Source: Patescibacteria group bacterium
GTDB taxonomy: Bacteria > Patescibacteriota > Microgenomatia > Daviesbacterales > UBA10151
Length of the DNA stretch: 49,731 nucleotides
Assembly: GCA_018817205.1 (NCBI GenBank)
Contig: JAHIUE010000080.1
Span: 1-49,731 of the forward strand
Direction of reading: 5' to 3'
Part shown: positions 1-6,931 of the stretch, one piece after another
Numbering within the stretch: the first letter of the stretch is position 1
Layout of the letters: each line of letters opens with the position of its first letter
Made by a program: the position numbers and the translations under genes
Notes under the pieces: model-generated
Databases searched by the model: none
Told to the model about the DNA's origin: nothing
What the model saw: the letters and a program-made list of their open reading frames with translations, nothing else

Positions 1-27
1 AAATTTGCTTGTTAACATAATTTTTAT

Positions 28-348
28 ATGACTCAAAAGTTGAAGGATTACTTTAGAAAACTATTGATTCTATGTATAGGTACTCAATTTTATATAATTG
101 TTGGAACTAAACATTCTTTATTCGGAATAAGTTTAGTTATGACTATTTTCAGCATTTTTGCACTTACTATTATTATTATATTTGAAATGGGTAGTATAAT
201 TGATTTTTTAAAGAAACAATCCCTATGGACTCTCCTTTTTATTAACACCACTCTTTTAATAATATGCTTTTTAATCAAGAAAAGTATTTATGAGGATCTA
301 CTCAAGGATGGAGTTCGTCAGCTAAATAATCAAATTAATGATGAATAA
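28..348 (+). CDS. hypothetical small integral membrane protein
   Basis: 106-aa ORF with three long hydrophobic stretches; no family recognised; overlaps the next ORF by 11 nt. Confidence 0.4.
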   Translation: MTQKLKDYFRKLLILCIGTQFYIIVGTKHSLFGISLVMTIFSIFALTIIIIFEMGSIIDFLKKQSLWTLLFINTTLLIICFLIKKSIYEDLLKDGVRQLNNQINDE

Positions 349-1027
349 GGAATTAAGAGAGAAAATTATTGCAAGTACCGTAATGCTAGTCGTTGGCGCT
401 CTTGTCTTTTTAGTTCTATCAAAATTCGTTGCTGAACAATCTAATAAAACAGAAGTTGAGGTTAAACCACAAGAAACACCCTCCTTATACCCAGATTATG
501 ATGTAATCAAAGGAAAAAATGCGAGTAAAAATTTAACAAGGCTAAATTTAACCATAGACTGTCCAGAAAATGGCTGTATTAATGATAGACCTGCAAGTAT
601 TGATTTTGATGGGATAATTAAAACTTATAGAGTTAAAGGGAAGCTATCAAGGGCATATTTATATATAGAAGCACTCGTTGATTACACTAGGCCATTGACT
701 TCTTGGGACGGTATTTACTTCACAATTAATTATTGGGGTGGTCATTTGGTTGTTGACAACAATGTACTTCCTGTACCACCAAATGAAATATCCAGGTACC
801 TTTATAATCTACAATCAATTTCCTTTTATGAAACTCTTGAACATAAATTAAATAAAACATTTATATATGCAAATACCAGTCTTTTTTCTTTATTTACTGA
901 TGGTAATGTTTTAACTACAAGAGTCGCGGTCTCATCAGATAGACCAGGTAGGGTTCTTCGTGAAGTTTCTATTTATTATGAGTGTTTTGAAAGCTCAGAT
1001 TGTAGTATTGATCCTGTAAAACCCTAG
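338..1027 (+). CDS. hypothetical membrane-anchored or exported protein
   Basis: 229-aa ORF; N-terminal hydrophobic helix (IIASTVMLVVGALVFLVL) then a soluble domain; no family recognised. Confidence 0.5.
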   Translation: MMNKELREKIIASTVMLVVGALVFLVLSKFVAEQSNKTEVEVKPQETPSLYPDYDVIKGKNASKNLTRLNLTIDCPENGCINDRPASIDFDGIIKTYRVKGKLSRAYLYIEALVDYTRPLTSWDGIYFTINYWGGHLVVDNNVLPVPPNEISRYLYNLQSISFYETLEHKLNKTFIYANTSLFSLFTDGNVLTTRVAVSSDRPGRVLREVSIYYECFESSDCSIDPVKP

Positions 1028-1120
1028 CGAGATAAAACCTCGATATTGTATATTGACATGCAGTATATATTATCTGTTATTATACTTCGGGATAAGTTTG
1101 GTTTTGTTCTTTGAAAACTG

Positions 1121-1256
1121 GCCGGGAGTAACCTCCGCCCCTATTTTAGAGGGTTAAGCTAGTCTAGACTCTCCTGAATTGAGTATCTTACAGGGTACTT
1201 GGTTTGGGGAGGTCTAGGCTAGATCCCCCAATATTTTAGGGAAGGGGGTGAGAAAG
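1121..1256 (+). promoter_or_regulatory. structured 5' leader upstream of the DUF1508 gene (candidate cis-regulatory RNA)
   Basis: GC-rich nested hairpins. CCCU-AUUUUAG-AGGG lies at 1138-1153. A long imperfect hairpin pairs 1158-1174 with 1208-1222, with an inner 9-bp stem 1177-1185/1196-1204. The CCCCC(1225-1229)/GGGGG(1244-1248) hairpin includes the Shine-Dalgarno of the ATG at 1257. Confidence 0.35.
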
Positions 1257-1430
1257 ATGGCGAAGTTTGTTGTCTATAAAGATATAGCTGGCTATTACCG
1301 CTGGCGACTTGTTGCCGGAAACGGCGAGAAAGTTGCTGCAAGCGAGGCTTATGCCTCCAAGCAAGGCGCGATAAGATCGGCTTATCGAGTAAAGAAACTG
1401 GCTGCTAATGCTTCGGTATACGAAGTTTAG
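1257..1430 (+). CDS. DUF1508 / YegP-family small protein
   Basis: MAKFVVYKDIAGYYRWRLVAGNGEKVAASEAYASKQGA matches the DUF1508 repeat signature (F.vy.d..g.yrwrL.a.NGe.ia.Se.Y.sk..a). The ORF-track GTG 1248 was trimmed to ATG 1257, which has GGGGG 6-9 nt upstream. GC is clearly higher than in the neighbours. Confidence 0.8.
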   Translation: MAKFVVYKDIAGYYRWRLVAGNGEKVAASEAYASKQGAIRSAYRVKKLAANASVYEV

Positions 1431-1471
1431 TAACTAGAGCACCTTCCGGTCAGTTTTTTAAGAATAAGGAG

Positions 1472-1777
1472 GTGATTATTTTGACAAACTTTAATCGCAC
1501 AAAAAGTTTTACAAAAGCAAATATCCAAAATGTTCCAGACGATAAAGCTGTTGTGTATAAGATTAAAAATGATACTGGCAAGAATTTATACACTGGTATT
1601 GCTGGTAGAGGCAGAGTACAAGATCGGCTCTTAGAACATAAGGAACTGAAAAAAGAATTTATACCTGGGGGTACTAAATTTCAATTTACTCAAGTTGAAA
1701 ATAAAGACCGAGCAAAAAAGATAGAAACACAAATTATAAAAAAAGAGCAACCTAAGTTTAATGAACAAAACAAATAA
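1472..1777 (+). CDS. small stand-alone GIY-YIG domain protein
   Basis: AVVYKIKNDTGKNLYTGIAGRGRVQDRLLEH ... AKKIETQIIKKEQPKFN fits GIY..YIG..R..H..E..N spacing. AAGGAGG at 1466-1472 favours the in-frame TTG at 1481 as the true start. Confidence 0.6.
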   Translation: MIILTNFNRTKSFTKANIQNVPDDKAVVYKIKNDTGKNLYTGIAGRGRVQDRLLEHKELKKEFIPGGTKFQFTQVENKDRAKKIETQIIKKEQPKFNEQNK

Positions 1778-1789
1778 TTAATAATTTTT

Positions 1790-1823
1790 GAAAAGTTAGT
1801 TATGGCACAGGCGGACAAGGGAA
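1790..1823. repeat. 34-bp direct repeat, copy 1 (GAAAAGTTAGTTATGGCACAGGCGGACAAGGGAA)
   Basis: 32/34 identical to 2866-2899; GC-rich core ATGGCACAGGCGGACAAGGGAA in an AT-rich intergenic context. Confidence 0.85.
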
Positions 1824-1842
1824 ATTTTCATGATTTGAATAA

Positions 1843-1872
1843 TATATACTTGGTATATACTAGATATATACT
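1843..1872 (+). promoter_or_regulatory. three direct TATATACT repeats at 11-bp spacing upstream of the AbrB-like gene
   Basis: TATATACT at 1843, 1854 and 1865 exactly; each resembles the TATACT -10 hexamer used elsewhere in the window; 31 nt before ATG 1903. Confidence 0.4.
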
Positions 1873-1902
1873 TTTATTACTTGTGGTGAGTGTAATCGAA
1901 CC

Positions 1903-2055
1903 ATGATTAGGAAAATAATTAGTTTGGGAAAATATTCTGCTGTTGTTTCCATTCCAAAGGCTTTTATGCAAAAGCTGGGATGGAGGAGAAAGCAAAAAGT
2001 AGTAATGAGTGCCAGGGGCAAATCCTTATCCGTCAAAGATTATCCCAATAAATAA
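1903..2055 (+). CDS. AbrB/MazE/SpoVT-type (swapped-hairpin) small DNA-binding protein, antitoxin-like
   Basis: 50-aa ORF below the ORF-track cutoff: MIRKIISLGKYSAVVSIPKAFMQKLGWRRKQKVVMSARGKSLSVKDYPNK. The central segment matches the SpoVT/AbrB pattern (g...vtIPk.f...lgw..g..v). Confidence 0.55.
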   Translation: MIRKIISLGKYSAVVSIPKAFMQKLGWRRKQKVVMSARGKSLSVKDYPNK

Positions 2056-2127
2056 ATTCACTTTTCTCGATTTATGTTAGTATATGTTTCAATATTACAG
2101 CCCAAACAGAAAGAAAAATTTTTATGA

Positions 2128-2589
2128 TTAAATTATCAAGGTCAAAATTAGAATTACTTTTTGAATGTCCAGTAGATAGAAATTTTTTGAAGGTTTAAAT
2201 TCTATACCGGATTTTGTAATAGAAATCAAATATCCCTTTACCTGATCAGTTCGCATATCCTTCAGGGCTTTTAATATTTTTAAATCAGCTTCTTTGTTTG
2301 ATAAATTTGTAGAAAGATCTATAACGGAAATACCATCCGGTTTAATTATTTTTTTAAAATCTTTTACATTAAATACTATTAAAATTCTATTTTCTTGTAT
2401 TGCCAATTCATAAAGAGCTTTGTCTTTAATACCTGACATTTTAAGATCGTAAGCGATATGTTTTAAACTGTGGAAGGCATTTAGTTTAGGATAGAATTTT
2501 GGCAAAAATAAACCTTCATCAAGAAGAAGTTTATATTTTGTTACTTTCCTGGATTTATTTTTTGGATGTTTGGAATTGAGTGAAGGCAT
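2128..2589 (-). CDS. DUF5615-family (PIN-like) putative toxin
   Basis: The core KLLLDEGLFL...ILIVFNVKDFKKI resembles DUF5615 proteins that pair with DUF433. Start set to ATG 2589, an internal Met of ORF 2128-2616; it overlaps the DUF433 gene by 35 nt. Confidence 0.65.
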   Translation of the reverse strand: MPSLNSKHPKNKSRKVTKYKLLLDEGLFLPKFYPKLNAFHSLKHIAYDLKMSGIKDKALYELAIQENRILIVFNVKDFKKIIKPDGISVIDLSTNLSNKEADLKILKALKDMRTDQVKGYLISITKSGIEFKPSKNFYLLDIQKVILILTLII

Positions 2590-2797
2590 CAAGGCCTGCT
2601 TCCATAAGGTAGGCAATTAAGAATTGGATCTTTTTTGCCTCAACATGAGGATATGATTTAATTAAATCATCTGGAGAATCGCCTTGTTTAATCAATTCCC
2701 ACAATCTTTCTATTGGTATCCTTGTTCCTTTAATTACTGGTGTCCCGCCCAAAATGTCATCATCTATAGTAATAAATTTTTTTAAAGCTTGTGGCAT
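2555..2797 (-). CDS. DUF433-family putative antitoxin
   Basis: ILGGTPVIKGTRIPIERLWELIKQGDSPDDLIKSYPHV is the DUF433 signature (GG.PvikGTRipv..il..l..G.s.eeI...yP). Confidence 0.85.
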   Translation of the reverse strand: MPQALKKFITIDDDILGGTPVIKGTRIPIERLWELIKQGDSPDDLIKSYPHVEAKKIQFLIAYLMEAGLDAFTQFQTSKK

Positions 2798-2806
2798 GGA
2801 TAAAGA

Positions 2807-2835
2807 AGTATACTTTAATTCTTATTCTATTTCAA
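2807..2835 (-). promoter_or_regulatory. sigma70-like promoter of the DUF433/DUF5615 operon
   Basis: Minus strand: TTGAAA (2830-2835), 17-nt spacer, TATACT (2807-2812), then 9 nt to ATG 2797 with no SD. Confidence 0.5.
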
Positions 2836-2865
2836 GTTTTTGTCAATATATCAACTGGGGATTTC

Positions 2866-2899
2866 GAAAAGTTCTTTATGGCACAGGCGGACAAGGGAA
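2866..2899. repeat. 34-bp direct repeat, copy 2 (GAAAAGTTCTTTATGGCACAGGCGGACAAGGGAA)
   Basis: 32/34 identical to 1790-1823. Confidence 0.85.
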
Positions 2900-2937
2900 G
2901 AAATTGGAATTGTGGAAGAAAATTTAAGATATTCCAG

Positions 2938-2988
2938 TCGATAATAACTCTTGACATTATTATCGAATTTTGTTAATATCGATAATAA
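2938..2988 (+). promoter_or_regulatory. fic promoter with three copies of a 10-bp operator-like motif
   Basis: TTGACA 2951-2956, 17-nt spacer, TAATAT 2974-2979. TCGATAATAA occurs at 2938-2947 and 2979-2988, and its exact complement TTATTATCGA at 2957-2966. Confidence 0.5.
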
Positions 2989-3009
2989 GGAATTATTAAT
3001 TATCAATAT

Positions 3010-4188
3010 ATGAATACTAATAGAGTAGGTCGGTATAAAAAAATTTTATCCGGCGATTTTTCTTACAATGCGTTTGTTCCGAACTTTTTACCTCCGGTTC
3101 CACCGATAAAAATAGATGATACAATGCAAATGCTTTTGTCTAATGCAGACCGTGCCTTAGGAGCTCTTAATATAGTTACTGAATTATTACCGGACTCTGA
3201 TTATTTTATTTTTTCCTACTTAAGAAAAGAGGCTGCCCTATCAAGTCAAATTGAAGGTACTCAGGCAACCTTTGTAGATGTTGCTAAAGCTCAAGCGGGA
3301 GCAGTAGATAACGAGACGCCTCAGGATTATCCGGAAATTATTAATTATATAAACGCTATAAATTATGGGTTAAAAAGAATTCGTGAAGATGATTTTCCCA
3401 TGACTTTACGTCTGCTTAGGGAAATTCATGAAAGAATATTAAAAGGAGTTCGTGGTCAATATAAAACTCCTGGTGAGTTTAGAAAATCACAAAATTGGAT
3501 CGGCGGTGCATCAATTAATACGGCGTCTTATATACCTCCAACGGCAGACGATATGATTATGGGGATGAAAAATCTGGAGTCTTTTATTCATGATAAAAAG
3601 CCAATGCCAGTACTTATTAAAATTGGACTTATACATTCACAATTTGAAACGGTACATCCTTTTTTGGACGGAAACGGAAGAGTTGGTCGATTGCTTATAA
3701 CTTTACTGTTATGTCACTATGGCCTATTGGCTAAACCCGCTTTATATTTGTCAGAGTATTTTAAGGCTTTCAGAAGCGAATATTATGATAAGCTTCATGC
3801 GGTACACGAAAGAGGTGATTTTGAGGACTGGTTGAAATATTTTATAGAGGGAATATGGTTGGTAGCTGAAGAGGCAACGTCTACTGCTATGAAGATTAAG
3901 GCTTTAAAGGACAGAGATATTTTGAAACTTTCAAGTTTAAGTGCCCAATCTTCTAGAAATGCGATTAAGTTGTTTGAGAATCTGTTTAAAAGTCCGGTTA
4001 TGACCGTTAGTGACGTATCAAAACATACAGGACTATCTTATGCAAATGCTAATAATCTGGTAAAAAAGCTCATGGATCTTCAGATTTTAGAGCTAGTGGT
4101 TGAGAGAGAAAGAAATAGAGTTTTTGCATATACGGAGTATATAAACCTCTTCAGAAACAGAGAGTCATATAAAAGGCAATTAAATTAA
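3010..4188 (+). CDS. fic: Fic/DOC-family protein (AMPylase-type), class II autoinhibited
   Basis: Fic motif HPFLDGNGRVGRLL (HxFx[D/E]GNGRxxR). Upstream inhibitory motif SSQIEG fits (S/T)xxxE(G/N). N-terminal Fic/DOC N-domain-like segment and a C-terminal wHTH-like tail. Confidence 0.9.
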   Translation: MNTNRVGRYKKILSGDFSYNAFVPNFLPPVPPIKIDDTMQMLLSNADRALGALNIVTELLPDSDYFIFSYLRKEAALSSQIEGTQATFVDVAKAQAGAVDNETPQDYPEIINYINAINYGLKRIREDDFPMTLRLLREIHERILKGVRGQYKTPGEFRKSQNWIGGASINTASYIPPTADDMIMGMKNLESFIHDKKPMPVLIKIGLIHSQFETVHPFLDGNGRVGRLLITLLLCHYGLLAKPALYLSEYFKAFRSEYYDKLHAVHERGDFEDWLKYFIEGIWLVAEEATSTAMKIKALKDRDILKLSSLSAQSSRNAIKLFENLFKSPVMTVSDVSKHTGLSYANANNLVKKLMDLQILELVVERERNRVFAYTEYINLFRNRESYKRQLN

Positions 4189-4365
4189 GCAACTCCAAAC
4201 TGGCATCCAGTTAAAGAAGATATGGAAGGTTTTTATAATCTTATTGAAGAAATCGCCGGTGTTTTAAATGGAGATCTGCCCGCTGTTTCTGAAACCTGCG
4301 GCTTATGCATTTACAGAAGCAAGTTTTCTTGACTTTTTGGATAAAATAATCTAAATTCAGCACAT

Positions 4366-4572
4366 ATGGAGCGTGATGTTGTACCAGGAATGGGTGAACA
4401 GTGTAATGGCTGTGCATCTCAAACGGATAACCCTTGTTATCCTTGCAAAGAAGTGTGGACAAAAGAAGTTATTGGTAACTGTGAAGCCTACCGGCCAAAT
4501 TTGGAAACTTCTTTTAGGGATCTAGCACGAAAAGTCTTCAGGTCTGTTGCTCAAACCACGCATCCATTCTAA
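4366..4572 (+). CDS. hypothetical Cys-rich 68-aa ORF (possibly not a real gene)
   Basis: ORF only; CNGC...CYPC...C pattern; no SD; lies in a GC-elevated stretch without confident genes. Confidence 0.2.
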   Translation: MERDVVPGMGEQCNGCASQTDNPCYPCKEVWTKEVIGNCEAYRPNLETSFRDLARKVFRSVAQTTHPF

Positions 4573-4610
4573 ATCCACACCCCCTTAAGATCTCTCTTAA
4601 TTCATATTTC

Positions 4611-4865
4611 TCACTGACCCATTTTAGGGGAACCGTATCTTGAAATAATTGTCTTTCTGCTTAACCTCGGAGGTCTCGGTAAATCGAATACTGAATTTAT
4701 TTCTACTTCTTCTTCCTTCGACAAAAGTTCATTGCCTATATCATCTGGTGGATCAAAACCCGTATCAAATTCCCTAAGTCCATCAGGGTCTCCTGGTCCT
4801 TCTGCTCTACCTAACTCTACAAATGCCATAACATCTAATTTAGCCAGTTGTACTAAAAAAATCAA
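4611..4865 (-). CDS. hypothetical acidic/Pro-rich small ORF (possibly not a real gene)
   Basis: ORF only; downstream of and co-directional with the PPDK_N-like gene; no family recognised; start ambiguous (TTG 4865 or ATG 4829). Confidence 0.2.
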   Translation of the reverse strand: MIFLVQLAKLDVMAFVELGRAEGPGDPDGLREFDTGFDPPDDIGNELLSKEEEVEINSVFDLPRPPRLSRKTIISRYGSPKMGQ

Positions 4866-4911
4866 TCCCCCATTATTTTTAAAAGGTGTATCCTTTAAGG
4901 TTTATCCTTTT

Positions 4912-5655
4912 CTAAAGTGTAGTTATTGGTCTTGATTGAAGAATCCAAATTTTGCCCTCATCGTCAATTGCCCATTCTATATCTTGTGGTTTTCCGTAAT
5001 GGTCCTCTATTTTTATTCCCAGTTTTGTTAATTCCTTAATTGTTTCATCAGCAATGGCTTGTTTATCTTTTTGTAAATCCTTACTTGTTATATCCAGGGT
5101 TTTCTTGTCTATTATAAAATTATCAGGAGTAACAGATCCTTGCACTAACGATTCTCCTAATCCCAAAACAGATTCAATCATAACTTCATTTCTATTATTT
5201 GATACGGGATTTGCAGTAAACATTACACCCGATGTTTTACTTTCAACCATTTTTTGCACAACCACAGCAACAATCAACTGATCGTCTGATAAATTTTGCA
5301 TTGAAGCATAAGATAAAGCTCTTTCGGACTTAATAGAATTCCAGCATTCCTTTATCTTTTCAATTAAATTTTCTCTTTTAACATTAAGATAAGTTTCCAG
5401 TTGTCCCGCCCAAGAAGCTTGAGATGAATCCTCAGCAACCCCTGACGATCTGACTGCTACCCTTTCAGCGTTTAACTCATCAAAGAGGTATAAAACTTCT
5501 TTTTCGATATCTTTTTTAAATCCTGCTGTTGTTACAACAAAACCCGGAGGAACCGGAAAACCGGCTCTTGTCATTTCTCCCAACGAAGCGCCCTTACCGC
5601 CAACTAAACTGACATCATTTTTGGAAATTTCATTAAAACTTTTGATAAAAACCAT
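4912..5655 (-). CDS. PEP/pyruvate-binding (ATP-grasp) domain protein, PpsA/PPDK/rifampicin-phosphotransferase N-domain-like
   Basis: 247 aa; VSLVGGKGASLGEM nucleotide-binding start typical of PPDK_N; the protein ends after the ATP-grasp with no His or TIM-barrel domain. Confidence 0.85.
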   Translation of the reverse strand: MVFIKSFNEISKNDVSLVGGKGASLGEMTRAGFPVPPGFVVTTAGFKKDIEKEVLYLFDELNAERVAVRSSGVAEDSSQASWAGQLETYLNVKRENLIEKIKECWNSIKSERALSYASMQNLSDDQLIVAVVVQKMVESKTSGVMFTANPVSNNRNEVMIESVLGLGESLVQGSVTPDNFIIDKKTLDITSKDLQKDKQAIADETIKELTKLGIKIEDHYGKPQDIEWAIDDEGKIWILQSRPITTL

Positions 5656-5656
5656 T

Positions 5657-6931
5657 TTAGGAAAGAGTTGTTATTTCTCCTTTATCTGCATTAACTTCAA
5701 CAAAATCTCCTGTTTTTAGAACTTCGGTGGCGTTTTTAGTACCGACAACGCAGGGAATTTTTAATTCCCTAGAAATAATAGCGGCATGAGAAGTAATCCC
5801 TCCCAAATTAGTAACTATTGCTGAACATTTCCTGATAGCGCTCATAAAATCCGGAGAGGTCATAAAAGTAACCAGCACCTCTCCTTTTTCTAATTTATCA
5901 TGATCAGCGGCAGCTAATAAAACCCTTACTTTTCCCCGGACTTGACCTTTGGAAGCGCAATTGCCTTTGACAACTTTCACGCTGTCATGCTTTATTGCCA
6001 GAATTTGCTCCCATTTCTTAGTTTTATCACCTGTTAAAATTTCAGGTTTACTTTTTCCTTCTTCCCAAACCACAAAACATTTTTCTCTTCTATTTTTAAT
6101 AAATTTTTTGGAAATTTTTCCCTTTAAAATATCTTTTATTTCCTCGGGAAAAATATCCCTCATCAGCTCTAAATCGATATTGCCTCTTTTTCCAATCTCC
6201 TTAAGTAATATTTCTAAATAGTGTAGATAAATTAAAATATTCCTTTTTCGCTCATCTTGATAAGTAGCAAAATTATTTAAAATTCTGATAAAACCCTGTG
6301 AGCCTTGGGAAATTTTTGGCGCCTTAACCTGCTTAATATTTTTCAGCCTGTTTTCTACATCTTCTTTGGTTAAAACTTTGGTTCTTGCATAACTATTCTC
6401 TATCCAGAAATATTTATTGATAAAGCCTTCAATATCCTTGGTGTCTAACAAATAATTTTCCGCCTCCTGGACAAAGGATATTTTTGAAGGTACGACTTCG
6501 TGTCTTACACCTTTCAGCTGCCTTTCTGCCTGCATGGCCAAAGGTTCAATAATAGCCCCCAAGGTATAATAAGCAACAAAAGCATCGTGTAATTTTTGAT
6601 ATAAATCGGCAAGAGAATCATTTGTTAAATCTTTTACACTTCTGCTTACTTTTTCCTCTGCTTTTTGTAAAACCTTAAGTCTTTTCTCTACCGCTCTCAT
6701 TAATTTCTTTTCTTTTGGTTCTTTGCCATAAAGTTTAAGAAGTTTTGCTCCTAAATCATAAAACTCTTTCTCCTTCATACACCAAGTTACAATTCCATTC
6801 TTAAAAATTAAAATAGTCAAGGGATACGAGTAGCCGCAAAAATCCTGCAAGGTTTTCATTGAGCCTTCAAGAGTTGGGTAAAGTAAATGAATTGCAGATT
6901 CGCGTTCCCATCTAAACCAGGGGTCTTTCAT
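5657..6931 (-). CDS. PEP-utilising-enzyme mobile (swivel phospho-His) domain protein with a long helical N-terminal region
   Basis: The C-terminus GEVLVTFMTSPDFMSAIRKCSAIVTNLGGITSHAAIISRELKIPCVVG is the mobile-domain phospho-His motif. The first ~320 aa are of unknown function. The stop lies 1 nt from the next ATG. Confidence 0.85.
   Translation of the reverse strand: MKDPWFRWERESAIHLLYPTLEGSMKTLQDFCGYSYPLTILIFKNGIVTWCMKEKEFYDLGAKLLKLYGKEPKEKKLMRAVEKRLKVLQKAEEKVSRSVKDLTNDSLADLYQKLHDAFVAYYTLGAIIEPLAMQAERQLKGVRHEVVPSKISFVQEAENYLLDTKDIEGFINKYFWIENSYARTKVLTKEDVENRLKNIKQVKAPKISQGSQGFIRILNNFATYQDERKRNILIYLHYLEILLKEIGKRGNIDLELMRDIFPEEIKDILKGKISKKFIKNRREKCFVVWEEGKSKPEILTGDKTKKWEQILAIKHDSVKVVKGNCASKGQVRGKVRVLLAAADHDKLEKGEVLVTFMTSPDFMSAIRKCSAIVTNLGGITSHAAIISRELKIPCVVGTKNATEVLKTGDFVEVNADKGEITTLS

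Noticed and set aside
4186-4332. Possible stop-codon readthrough extension of Fic (47 in-frame codons after TAA)
   Set aside because: Frame coincidence has about a one in three chance. The Fic protein is already full length with its wHTH tail. There is no recoding signal, and other genes use TAA as a genuine stop.
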